DNA of 64,000 nt. It comes from an uncultured Veillonellaceae bacterium. GTDB taxonomy: Bacteria; Bacillota; Negativicutes; UBA1444. Under the pieces are notes generated by a model. The model saw only the letters and a list, made by a program, of their open reading frames with translations. It made no database searches and was not told the DNA's origin. Of the stretch, positions 10,212 to 19,104 are shown piece by piece (the stretch's first letter is position 1; the number at the start of each line of letters is the position of its first letter). Where the stretch lies: positions 28,192 through 92,191 of the forward strand of contig CAZRLN010000003.1 in the NCBI GenBank assembly GCA_964601085.1. Direction: 5' to 3'. Made by a program: the position numbers and the translations under genes.

Positions 10212-10601
10212 TCAAGGCTGCGGTATTCGGGCAGAGACAAAGTCCGCTATCCGTCGGGCGCATTGTATGGCGGTGGAAACATCGACTTCGGTCAGATCCA
10301 GTTGAAACGGATAACGAGCCTGAACTCCATAATCCGTTAGCTCAAGACAGTCTTCTGCAATCAAGGAAAATGCTGGATCGTTTGTGCTACAGCTTTTGTT
10401 CAGCGCGGTCAGATCGTGGGTCTTGGCGATGCCGATTCCGTGCAATGCTAAAAATGCCTTCAGATACTTTTCTGCGCTCTGCTGGCAATGGTAACAAACG
10501 ATTTCCAAGGGTTTCGGCTTCATGGCAAGAAGATATTCTGCGGATGCAAGGTCCTGCTCTGCATATCGTTGCCATTCCCGGGCGACGGTGCTATTGTTCA
10601 T
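10212..10601 (-). CDS. HEPN-domain protein (toxin of a HEPN/MNT pair)
   Basis: ~130 aa; start ATGAACAATAGC overlaps the stop of the upstream MNT gene. HEPN-like helical protein located directly after the MNT partner. Confidence 0.65.
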   Translation of the reverse strand: MNNSTVAREWQRYAEQDLASAEYLLAMKPKPLEIVCYHCQQSAEKYLKAFLALHGIGIAKTHDLTALNKSCSTNDPAFSLIAEDCLELTDYGVQARYPFQLDLTEVDVSTAIQCARRIADFVSARIPQP

Positions 10602-10962
10602 AGAGCACCAAGCCGTCGGCAACAATTCTGTGTTCCATCGTAGAGGGTAGGACGGAGCGGAGTGCGAAGTCGGCATCGTCATAAACGAGCAGATCGACAG
10701 GCAGGTTGACCTCTGAACTCATAGCCCGGCGCATTAAGCGAAGGGCTTCAATTTTTCTCATTCCACCCAGAGCGGTCACGACACACAGATCAATATCGCT
10801 ATCCGGAGTTGCAGATCCAGAAGCTTGTGAGCCGAACAAGTAGATTTTATGGGGTTGCATGCTCTGGGTGATGGCACGCACAGCATTGTTGATTTCCATT
10901 TGAACTGCAGCGTTCATCAGGGGCGACCTCCTTTGCATTAATGATCGACAATATATTATCAT
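10591..10962 (-). CDS. Nucleotidyltransferase (MNT) antitoxin-type protein
   Basis: LFGSQASGSATPDSDIDLCVV is a pol-beta-type NTase motif (GS...DxD). Confidence 0.8.
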   Translation of the reverse strand: MIIYCRSLMQRRSPLMNAAVQMEINNAVRAITQSMQPHKIYLFGSQASGSATPDSDIDLCVVTALGGMRKIEALRLMRRAMSSEVNLPVDLLVYDDADFALRSVLPSTMEHRIVADGLVLYEQ

Positions 10963-11060
10963 TATAGCATAGGCCCAAGCATGTCAAGGGTCCATATCGG
11001 CGGCTCATCCAATAAAGAAAAAAAGTCTTACCAATAAAGGTAAAACTTTCTTCAAAAAAA

Positions 11061-11072
11061 TGGTGGAGGCGA
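11061..11072. repeat. 12-nt direct repeat matching the tmRNA 3' terminus (tggtggaggcga), second att-like remnant
   Basis: Matches 21969-21980. Lies 31 nt beyond the stop of the PP2C-sensor gene. Confidence 0.45.
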
Positions 11073-11102
11073 TGATTCCGTGTAAGCTGCCTCCGGCCAT
11101 TC

Positions 11103-13046
11103 CTACAGAGGCCGGAAGGCCACCATCGTCATGTCGTCCCGCCGCCGCTCGTCGCCGCGGTAGGTCTCCAGATAGTCGCAGACTGCCGTCAACTGATCAT
11201 CGAGTGGCTTGGCGGCATTTTGCACGACCACTTCCGCCAAGCGCTTTCGTCCGAGCAGTTGCCGTCTGGCCCCGCCCATATGATCTGGCGCGCCGTCGGT
11301 AAACAAATAGAACGCCATGCCGGGAACTACTGCTAGCACGTGTTCGGCAAACGCAGCCTCGGAGCGGATGCTGCCGTAACCGAGGATGGACCGGGTCGCC
11401 TTGATCTCGCGAATAGCGCCCTCCTGCATCAACAGCAGGGGAATCCCGGCGCCGGAGTAGGTCAGCGAGGCCGCCTGCGGATCGTAGATGCAGATGGCCG
11501 CCTCCAGTCCGTCGTCCGACTGGCAGTCGGAGCAATCCTGGCGCAGGCGGGTCCGGACTGCGGCATCAATTGCCTCCAGCATCGCTGCCGGTTCGAGCGG
11601 CCGGCATTCCCGGATGATCCGTTCAAGAGCGGTCGACAGCACGGTGGTCAGCAGCGCGCCAGGCACCCCATGTCCAGTACAGTCCGCCACCACGACCACG
11701 CAGCGGCCCTCGATCTGCTGCAGCCAGTAATAATCGCCGCCGACCACCTGCAGCGGCTCCCAGCGGACTGCGATATCAGCCACCGAACCTTGTAGCGCTT
11801 GCGGGTCCGGCAGCAGCGATTCCTGAATCCGGCGGGCGTAGCGGATACTTTCCAGCACCAACTGATTCGACCGTTCCAGTTTAGCATGGGTAACGCTGAG
11901 TTCATCATGGGTGGCAGTCAGTTCTTCGAGGGTCATCTCCACCTTGTTTTTCTCATGGTCTAGCGCCAGCAATGTCTTGCCGAGCCGACGATTGGCACGG
12001 GCCACGAAGACTGTCGCGCCGGCCAGCACCAACACCAACAGCACCGACAGCAGCAGCACCGGCCAGTACCTTTTCAGTACATCCTGCAGACTGAACTTAC
12101 CCATATCGCGATACGGTCCCAGCTTCAGTTCACGGTACAAATCATGCACCGGCGTATAGTCTCCCGGAATAGTCCAACCGGCACTTTTCGCCGCCCTGGC
12201 TGCCGCACTGCCTGCCGGCATGTTCAACAACGCCGCCGCCACCTGATGTGCCAGTTTGTCCTCAGTATGCCGCAGTTTGGCGAAGGGCCATTCCGGATAA
12301 AGTCGGGTGCTGGCCCGATAGGGAAAGTTCCCGATGCTATTCGCGGCGACATCGCTGCGCAAGCGGAGATCGTTGATGATTTTTATCTGCAGCAGATCCA
12401 GTTTTCCATCCTGCGCCATCCGTTCCAAGATATCGGTCCGGACCAGTCCCACATCGGCCTCACCCCGCAGCACCGACCGCACCGCCGCAGGATGCGTGCC
12501 GCTGAACTTCAGTTCGGCAAAATCCGCCGGATCGAGGCCCGCCGCCGTGAATTCCCGCAGATGCACCAGCCAGCCGCCAAAAGAAGTCTGGTCGACCGCC
12601 GCCACCCGCCGTCCGCGCAGATCCTGGAGCGTATTGATCTTCTTATTTTCGGCGCGGGTGAAGACAACGCCGCCGAACTTGGCAAAATCCCCGTCCGGAC
12701 CGCTGGAGTTGATCGTTGCCAGCCGGGTAAGGCCGTACAGCACTTCCATCTCCACATACTGACCGGTGTTGGCGATCACAAAGTCGACATTTCCGGCGGC
12801 AACTGCCGGATACAGAGTTGCAAAATCGAGTACTTCGATCACAAAACGTTTTTTTAGAGTCTGCCCCAGATATTCGGCCAACGGGCTCCAGGTTACCAAG
12901 GCTGCCTCTTTTCCGCTATTACCCAGAACACCGATCTTGATTGGCTGTTCGTTTTGCGCCGCAGCAACGCCGCTCCAGCAGACCAGGCAAAGCAGTATTA
13001 ACGCCAACAAAAGCGCCGTCGGTCCCGTGCCCCGCCGCCGGCTCAT
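11103..13046 (-). CDS. SiaA-like sensor phosphatase: periplasmic PhnD/SsuA-type solute-binding domain, TM helix, coiled coil, PP2C (SpoIIE/RsbU) Ser/Thr phosphatase domain
   Basis: Signal peptide/TM; then KIGVLGNSG...VDFVIANTGQYV, a phosphonate-binding-like fold; second TM (YWPVLLLSVLLVLVLAG). C-terminal GGDYYWL...VVVADCTGHGVPGALLTTV is a PP2C signature. Confidence 0.75.
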   Translation of the reverse strand: MSRRRGTGPTALLLALILLCLVCWSGVAAAQNEQPIKIGVLGNSGKEAALVTWSPLAEYLGQTLKKRFVIEVLDFATLYPAVAAGNVDFVIANTGQYVEMEVLYGLTRLATINSSGPDGDFAKFGGVVFTRAENKKINTLQDLRGRRVAAVDQTSFGGWLVHLREFTAAGLDPADFAELKFSGTHPAAVRSVLRGEADVGLVRTDILERMAQDGKLDLLQIKIINDLRLRSDVAANSIGNFPYRASTRLYPEWPFAKLRHTEDKLAHQVAAALLNMPAGSAAARAAKSAGWTIPGDYTPVHDLYRELKLGPYRDMGKFSLQDVLKRYWPVLLLSVLLVLVLAGATVFVARANRRLGKTLLALDHEKNKVEMTLEELTATHDELSVTHAKLERSNQLVLESIRYARRIQESLLPDPQALQGSVADIAVRWEPLQVVGGDYYWLQQIEGRCVVVVADCTGHGVPGALLTTVLSTALERIIRECRPLEPAAMLEAIDAAVRTRLRQDCSDCQSDDGLEAAICIYDPQAASLTYSGAGIPLLLMQEGAIREIKATRSILGYGSIRSEAAFAEHVLAVVPGMAFYLFTDGAPDHMGGARRQLLGRKRLAEVVVQNAAKPLDDQLTAVCDYLETYRGDERRRDDMTMVAFRPL

Positions 13047-13855
13047 CCACCCACCTCGCTACTCTCCACCCGGTTTCGTCCGTTTTGTTTCGCCGCATAC
13101 ATCGCCTCATCCGCCCGGGCCAACATCGCGTCAAACCCTTCGCGCGCCCTTGCGGCGACTACGCCGATACTGACGGTGACGAAAAAAGCTCCCTCTGGGC
13201 CCGAAATCGGGCAGGCTTCCATCGCGGCACGCACCCTTTCGGCTACTTCCAATGCCTCGGCCAGTCCAGTGTCCGGCAGCAACACGCCAAACTCCTCGCC
13301 CCCCAGCCGCCCCAGGCTGTCGGCCAACCGGATCTGTCCGCTGCAAACCTGGGCGAAACAGCGCAGAGCCTCGTCGCCGGCAGCATGCCCATATCGGTCG
13401 TTGACCGCCTTGAACCGGTCCAAATCCATCATCAGCAAAGAAAGCACGTGACTGCCGCGCTCAAGCTTGGCCGATTCATACTGGCCGAGCTCATAAAACT
13501 TCCGTCGGTTAAAAACGCCGGTCAGGGCGTCCGTCGTCGCCATCCGCCGCAGCTCATTCTCCAGCTTTTTCCGCGCTTCGATCTCGACCTCCAGCGCCTG
13601 GTTCAAAGTCTGCAACTGGACTGTCTTTTCCTGCAATTCCCGGGTGACCTGGCGCAACTGCTCCTGCTGGCGATCACTGACCCGCAACAGTCGCTGTTGC
13701 TCTCGGAAACTTTTCCGGTACGACGTGACCAGGCCATGCAGATTTTCCAATACTTCCTCGCCGGAACGGCTGCAAAAATCCTGTTTGAGAGCCTCGACCA
13801 GAGACTCCGCCTGCTCCACGACCTGTTCTTCGTTAAAATACAGGCTGTGCTTCAT
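13043..13855 (-). CDS. Diguanylate cyclase (GGDEF), SiaD-like, with N-terminal coiled coil
   Basis: GGEEF active site plus RxxD-like region; no sensory domain. Start overlaps the stop of the upstream gene. Confidence 0.8.
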   Translation of the reverse strand: MKHSLYFNEEQVVEQAESLVEALKQDFCSRSGEEVLENLHGLVTSYRKSFREQQRLLRVSDRQQEQLRQVTRELQEKTVQLQTLNQALEVEIEARKKLENELRRMATTDALTGVFNRRKFYELGQYESAKLERGSHVLSLLMMDLDRFKAVNDRYGHAAGDEALRCFAQVCSGQIRLADSLGRLGGEEFGVLLPDTGLAEALEVAERVRAAMEACPISGPEGAFFVTVSIGVVAARAREGFDAMLARADEAMYAAKQNGRNRVESSEVGG

Positions 13856-14238
13856 GGCGCCAGTTTGATGGACTCAAATTCCACCGCTTTCAGGTCTTCT
13901 GAAAAATCTTCGCCAGATTCCTCAATGGTGTCGTCCCCGTCCTGAAAATACCAATGAACCCGGATCTTCGACCCAGTTTCTGCTGCCGATTCGAGCAGCT
14001 GGAAGATATTCATTAGCGCTTTGGCGCTGCTGCTGTTGAAATACGCCAGACGGAAATCCACCTGCAGTGGCTCTTCAGGTTCCTGTTCGACGATGCTTTG
14101 CATCTCTTGGAGAATCGGCCCCCAAAAAGCGGCGGCGTCTTCCGGGTACGCCTCACCGGTAAAAGAAATAGTTCTGTTCGCGACATCCAGCCGCACTTCC
14201 GGCGAACGGTCTGTGGCTGCGATCGTTCTCGATTCCAT
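13852..14238 (-). CDS. DUF1987 / SiaC-like partner-switch phosphoprotein
   Basis: ~128 aa after trimming to the RBS-supported start (MESRTIAAT...). AYFNSSSAKALMNIF resembles the DUF1987 core around the phospho-Thr/Ser site. Acidic C-terminus. Confidence 0.6.
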   Translation of the reverse strand: MESRTIAATDRSPEVRLDVANRTISFTGEAYPEDAAAFWGPILQEMQSIVEQEPEEPLQVDFRLAYFNSSSAKALMNIFQLLESAAETGSKIRVHWYFQDGDDTIEESGEDFSEDLKAVEFESIKLAP

Positions 14239-14249
14239 CTTCTGCCCCC

Positions 14250-14831
14250 CTATATGTAGGCTTTGATACAAAAGAAAGTCTTTTGCTCATCAAGGATCAT
14301 GAAGTCAAATTCAATAGGACTGCTGGACCTACGGGCAATTTCCAGCAATCCTATGCTCGCGCCCTTGCTCTCGGCTTCCGGCGGCTCCTTCAACTTTTCC
14401 TTGTAATAGGCCTTGATGCCTTCTTTATCCAAACTCTGGATCAGCTCCAGGCGTGACCTCAGCTTCACCGCATCCTGCATCGACACCGTATTGCCGCAGA
14501 CCACAAAGAACTGCCCGCCGTCGCTGCCGACAGAGATTACGCCGGAGCTGATCTCCGGTTTCTTCTCTCCATCCGTTTTACCTGCACCCTCCTTCAACCG
14601 CTCCGAAGAATAGCGGATGATGTTTTGCACTTGTTCGACAAAAATGGAGAACACTTTCTTTGTCGTGTTCAAGTCGGTTTCTTCACTGGCCAGCTTCTGC
14701 TTCAACACATCTCCCATCGAAAACAGCAGCCCTTCCGAGATATAGCCGGCAAAGCTAAAAAAAATCTGCTTATCCTTGAGATCCTGCTCAAAGCGATAAT
14801 ATTCGGTTGCTATCATAGGGGTTCCCTCCAT
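14250..14831 (-). CDS. SiaB-like GHKL-type Ser/Thr kinase (anti-sigma-factor RsbW/SpoIIAB-like ATPase fold)
   Basis: N-box-like EQVQNIIRYS, G1-like VGSDGG, G2-like GASIGLLEIARR. 193 aa, first gene of the four-gene unit. Confidence 0.5.
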   Translation of the reverse strand: MEGTPMIATEYYRFEQDLKDKQIFFSFAGYISEGLLFSMGDVLKQKLASEETDLNTTKKVFSIFVEQVQNIIRYSSERLKEGAGKTDGEKKPEISSGVISVGSDGGQFFVVCGNTVSMQDAVKLRSRLELIQSLDKEGIKAYYKEKLKEPPEAESKGASIGLLEIARRSSSPIEFDFMILDEQKTFFCIKAYI

Positions 14832-14908
14832 CGTTGTTAAATCGTTGTTGAATCAGCTAATTCTATTCATTTCGGCAATTGGCGAAAATATTCCTGCTGC
14901 TGCTATTA

Positions 14909-15982
14909 TCACGGAGTAGCTGAACGCTGATTCGCAAAGGACGGAAACGGATGTTCAATAGCTCCCATCCGCCAGGCGGCGGGAATCACTACCAGATGCT
15001 GCCTGACCTGAGCGAGTCTGCGCAGCAGCCTAAGAACCTGCGTGTTGCTAAACTGCACAGAACGCCGTTGTTTGGCAAAATGGAGCGATATTGGCGCGCC
15101 TTGTAGCCATTTTGCTTGCGCCGCAACAATCCCACCTTCCACTTCGACAGCTTTGAGCAGATTCAGGATGTCCGCTTTGGTTCGCCGTTGCAGCTGATCA
15201 TTTCGGTTGATTTGTGACGCCGCCTTGCGGTAGGAAACATATCCAAAGGAACCAAAGATGCGGCGGGACTGACGGGCCAGTTCGTCATGACCGATGCATG
15301 GAGTGGTCATGAAATGTTGCAGGCTTCGGTCCGGAAAGCCATGTTTTCGTGCAAGACTGGACAGCCTGCCCTTTTTGCATTGCACTTCCAGCCGTAGTAG
15401 TGTATCTGCCTGTTGATAGATTTCTTCATCCAGTCCTGTGAATCGGGATCGTAGTGCTGGACCACGGTGATACAACTGGACTGAACCACTCTTGTTGCCT
15501 GCCTTAAAACTGATCCAGCCTGCTTGGGACTGATTATTGGCACCGACAGGCAGATAGCCGCGCCGCGCCAAATCAATATAGCGGTCAGCTGAAGGACGGG
15601 CTGGTGAATTGCCGACGCAGGCATCGGAAGCATAATCGATTCTGCAAGCCAGCCAATATGGCAGCGATGGAAGCTCTACGTTAGTGATGGTGCGCAATAG
15701 TTCGTCGAATTCGGGGATAAGTTCCGCGAAGTCTGCAGGATTAAACAGCGCCATGGGATCTGCAGATTGACTCATGACGTGGAGCGGGTTCATGGCAATT
15801 CGAATAAAGTGACCGGTAAAACGTTGCGTGGTAATATGGTAGAGCGATATTCTGGTCAAGCCGGATGAAGAATAGTCGTTTGTGCTCCATGATGCGTGAT
15901 CAGGCGGCGCGCCTAGTTCCCGCTGGAGTTCTTCGTATGTAAAAGAAGTCAGTTGTGTGCTGACATCGGTCGTATGAATCAA
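14909..15982 (-). CDS. Hypothetical protein, possibly a replication-initiation protein of the island
   Basis: 357 aa, basic C-terminal half, no recognisable enzyme motif. Divergent from an AT-rich 760-bp non-coding region. Confidence 0.35.
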   Translation of the reverse strand: MIHTTDVSTQLTSFTYEELQRELGAPPDHASWSTNDYSSSGLTRISLYHITTQRFTGHFIRIAMNPLHVMSQSADPMALFNPADFAELIPEFDELLRTITNVELPSLPYWLACRIDYASDACVGNSPARPSADRYIDLARRGYLPVGANNQSQAGWISFKAGNKSGSVQLYHRGPALRSRFTGLDEEIYQQADTLLRLEVQCKKGRLSSLARKHGFPDRSLQHFMTTPCIGHDELARQSRRIFGSFGYVSYRKAASQINRNDQLQRRTKADILNLLKAVEVEGGIVAAQAKWLQGAPISLHFAKQRRSVQFSNTQVLRLLRRLAQVRQHLVVIPAAWRMGAIEHPFPSFANQRSATP

Positions 15983-16415
15983 GACAAAAGCCCCCTGTTT
16001 GTCATCTTCTATAATCGATATAATAGCATATATTTAAAGGATTAAACAATGTTTTTATACTCAAAAATAGAAACAGTGCTATAGCTTCACTCTTTTTTAC
16101 TTCAAATGATGTTCTATATAACTGGACATGTTCCGAGTTCCTGTTTGGAAAGTGAACTGAACCGGATGCGGCTATGGGACATATATATAGTTACTGCCAT
16201 AATCCGCGCTTTTCAAGAGGTAATGGCTTAGCGACAATAAAGCAAACGCGATGCAACCTGCTGCGATATGCGTTGTTGTCATCTTCCTCGACTTTTAGAG
16301 GCGCGAATTAGTGTTAAAACCTGCCGAAATGGCCCGTTTTCTCGTTATTCAATAACTGTATATTATTTTCCTGTATAAACCTATTGCTTTCGTGAAATTT
16401 CATTTTCAATCCGTA

Positions 16416-16445
16416 AAACGCCCTATAGGCGTTATTTTTTTTGCA
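16416..16445 (+). terminator. Perfect palindrome aacgccctataggcgtt followed by a T8 run, inside the AT-rich intergenic region
   Basis: Stem-loop plus U-tract in + orientation with no annotated upstream gene. Confidence 0.4.
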
Positions 16446-16746
16446 ATATTTCCCGCCCGGAAATAGGTTAGACACTGGTTAGTGCTACTAGGGGAAAACG
16501 GCCCTGGGTATCCAGTTGAAGAAGGAAATAGGGATGGGTGTCATCTTCGCTGCCGGCCAGTCGGCAGTGGCAATGAAAATGAAGGAGGGAACCGGCAGAT
16601 GCATTGTAAAGTTAGAAAAACACAGAGGTCGCGATCACCGCCGTCAAAGGAGGCACGGCAACTCAAGATTGAGCCTGTTTCGTTCAAACAAGGACGGATC
16701 AGGCTCTTTTTTATTTTTTAAGCAAAAGCAAAAGGAGCGATTCAAG

Positions 16747-17589
16747 ATGGAAAAAGATCTCGTAAAAACAGCGATTCAAAATTTGCTTGACCAGTTCGCC
16801 CAGCAGGATTTCCCGGCTGAAATAGGTTGGCAGATTATCCGAAGACGGTCTGGCCTGCATGCTGTGCCTTCAGATTCCTGGAGTCCCGGCAACCGTTGGA
16901 TCATGCTGGCTTGCGGTACGACGGATGCAAGAGGCTTCGGTCAGTGGCATCAGGTAGGCAGAAGGGTCAAGTCCGGTAGCAAGTCGCTTTACATTTCCGC
17001 ACCAAACACCAGAAAGATCAGTTCAGATGACGAAGACGACCCGGAAACGGCAAGGACAATCGTGACCGGATTTCGCTGGATTCCTGTGTTTCGGATTGAA
17101 GATACATCCGGGCATCCAGTCTGTACTGCCGACTACACACCTCAGATATTGCCGCCTTTGTTTGATGTGGCTGCAAAGCTTGGCGCTTCAGTGAAGTGGC
17201 AACCGTTTGACGGCAAGGCGCTAGGGCGATACAGACCATCCAGCAAAGAAATCGTTTTGTCGGATCAGACGGCGCTGACTTATTATCACGAAATCATGCA
17301 CCATTTGGATTCACAGATTGAACCGATCCGACCCGGGCGCTTAGCGGAAGCAGAAATGATTGCCGAATTCGGCGGATCGGTCCTTTGCTCGATTCAGGGA
17401 ATTTCCGGCTACGAATCCGGCAGCTACCGCTACCTGCAATCCTATGCGGTCGGAAAAGAGCCGGAAGCAGTTCTTCGCGGCATCATGGCGATTGCTGCCA
17501 GGGTGGAAAAGTTGGTCGGAATCGTACTGGACGCAGCGGAACGACCTGTAGGAAGAGCAGAAACATTACCGACTTCGATCTCAGCATAA
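16747..17589 (+). CDS. ArdC-like antirestriction protein (N-terminal ssDNA-binding DUF1738-like domain plus C-terminal zincin HExxH metallopeptidase)
   Basis: N-domain pattern GNRWIMLACGTTDARGFGQWHQVGRRVKSGSKSLYI resembles ArdC. C-terminal YYHEIMHHLD is an HExxH motif. Start set at MEKDLVK; the track ORF begins upstream at 16516. Confidence 0.5.
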   Translation: MEKDLVKTAIQNLLDQFAQQDFPAEIGWQIIRRRSGLHAVPSDSWSPGNRWIMLACGTTDARGFGQWHQVGRRVKSGSKSLYISAPNTRKISSDDEDDPETARTIVTGFRWIPVFRIEDTSGHPVCTADYTPQILPPLFDVAAKLGASVKWQPFDGKALGRYRPSSKEIVLSDQTALTYYHEIMHHLDSQIEPIRPGRLAEAEMIAEFGGSVLCSIQGISGYESGSYRYLQSYAVGKEPEAVLRGIMAIAARVEKLVGIVLDAAERPVGRAETLPTSISA

Positions 17590-17618
17590 GCAGATAAAAA
17601 GAGAGGGAGGCAAAATCC

Positions 17619-18059
17619 ATGAAATACATTCCTCGTTACGACATCCGGCTCATCCGCGACGGCAGAATCTCCGTCAATGCCACGCCGATCGTGCGGACGC
17701 CGCAGGATACGCTGCCTGTATTGGAGCCTGAGTTGTCCGAACTCGCCTATGAAAAATTCGTTGCTCTGGCGCTTTCGACGAAAAATCATGTTATCGCCGT
17801 CCTGCCTGTCAGCAGTGGCAGCTTGAATGCGTCCGTCGTGCACCCGCGCGAAGTGTTTCAACGAGCCATTCTGGCCAACTGTGCCAGCCTGATTTTGGCG
17901 CACAACCATCCGTCAGGCGATCCATCGCCAAGTCCAGAAGACATTGCTCTGACCCGCAAGTTGATCGACGCAGGTCGGTTTCTGGATATTCCTGTGATCG
18001 ATCACATTGTGCTTGGCTACGGTCGGTATGTCAGTTTCAAAGAATGCGGTCTATTATGA
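17619..18059 (+). CDS. RadC-like JAB/MPN-domain protein (DUF2466)
   Basis: LILAHNHPSGDPSPSPEDIALTRKL is the canonical RadC motif; RBS GAGGGAGG. Confidence 0.85.
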   Translation: MKYIPRYDIRLIRDGRISVNATPIVRTPQDTLPVLEPELSELAYEKFVALALSTKNHVIAVLPVSSGSLNASVVHPREVFQRAILANCASLILAHNHPSGDPSPSPEDIALTRKLIDAGRFLDIPVIDHIVLGYGRYVSFKECGLL

Positions 18060-18070
18060 AGGAGGAGAAG

Positions 18071-19036
18071 ATGATCATGTTAAACAGCAAAGTAATCGTT
18101 CCAGACATCGACAAACTATCCTATAAAGATTGGCTTCAGGTTCGTCGGAGCGGCATCGGCGGATCAGACGCAGCGGCGGCGCTGGGACTTTCGACATGGA
18201 AATCCGCATTGGAAATTTGGCAAGAGAAGGTTTCGGGCCAAAGCCAGCCAAGTCAGGAAAACGAATCGATGATCTGGGGCCGGATTATGGAGCCGATCAT
18301 CACCAGGGAGTTTATCCGGCGCACAGGAAAAAACATCAAGCCCATGCGATCAATGCTGCAGGCAACAAACTGGCCTTGGATGCTGGCCGATCTCGATGGG
18401 CTGATTGAAGACCCGCAGCGTGGAATAGGAGTCTTCGAAGTCAAGACGGCATCGGCTTTCAAACAGGGCGAATGGGCCGAAGATCGTTGCCCGGATGCTT
18501 ACATGCTGCAACTAGCTCATTATATGGCGGTTACAGGTCTATCCTATGCAGTGATCTGTGTTCTGATCGGCGGCAACAAGCTGCAATGGATCACTGTGGA
18601 CAGGGATGAAGAACTCATTACCAGCTTGGTTCAGTTGGAAAAGCGTTTCTGGCAATATGTTCTGATTCAGACACCACCGCCCGTGGACGGCAGCGTGGCT
18701 TGCGCAGAACTGCTGTCTCGCAAGTATCCGTTGTCATCCAATGCCGCGCCGATGATCCTGCCTATGGACGCGGACAGCTGGATACAGGAGTACCTGCAGG
18801 CAAAGGCGGAGGAGGAAACCGCTGTTGAACGCAAACGGTTGGCCGAAAACCGGATAAAGGAGGTGATGAAAGAGCATGAAAAAGCAACCAGTCCAAGCGG
18901 CAGGCAGGCCAATTGGAAAACGGTTCAGTCCACCCGGATTGATTCGGCGAGGCTGAAAAAAGAAGAACCGGCGCTGTTCGAGAAGTTCTCTACAACTTCA
19001 TCGACGCGCCGGTTTTCCATTTCCGAATGCAAATAG
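18071..19036 (+). CDS. YqaJ-like viral recombinase-domain exonuclease (lambda Exo / PD-(D/E)xK family)
   Basis: SYKDWLQVRRSGIGGSDAAAALGLSTWKSALEIWQEK is the YqaJ N-terminal signature; start after AGGAGG. Confidence 0.75.
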   Translation: MIMLNSKVIVPDIDKLSYKDWLQVRRSGIGGSDAAAALGLSTWKSALEIWQEKVSGQSQPSQENESMIWGRIMEPIITREFIRRTGKNIKPMRSMLQATNWPWMLADLDGLIEDPQRGIGVFEVKTASAFKQGEWAEDRCPDAYMLQLAHYMAVTGLSYAVICVLIGGNKLQWITVDRDEELITSLVQLEKRFWQYVLIQTPPPVDGSVACAELLSRKYPLSSNAAPMILPMDADSWIQEYLQAKAEEETAVERKRLAENRIKEVMKEHEKATSPSGRQANWKTVQSTRIDSARLKKEEPALFEKFSTTSSTRRFSISECK

Positions 19037-19104
19037 CTTCACAAATATTATATCAAATTGCAAAGGAGGATGGGCGGCTTTGATCATAGGCCGCCCAAAT
19101 TTTT

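Noticed and set aside
12144-13945. Long antisense ORFs (12144-12857, 12334-12762, 12941-13945, 11340-11795) opposite the PP2C and GGDEF genes
   Set aside because: High-GC antisense frames of well-supported genes, with Arg/Pro/Ser-rich composition typical of spurious ORFs.
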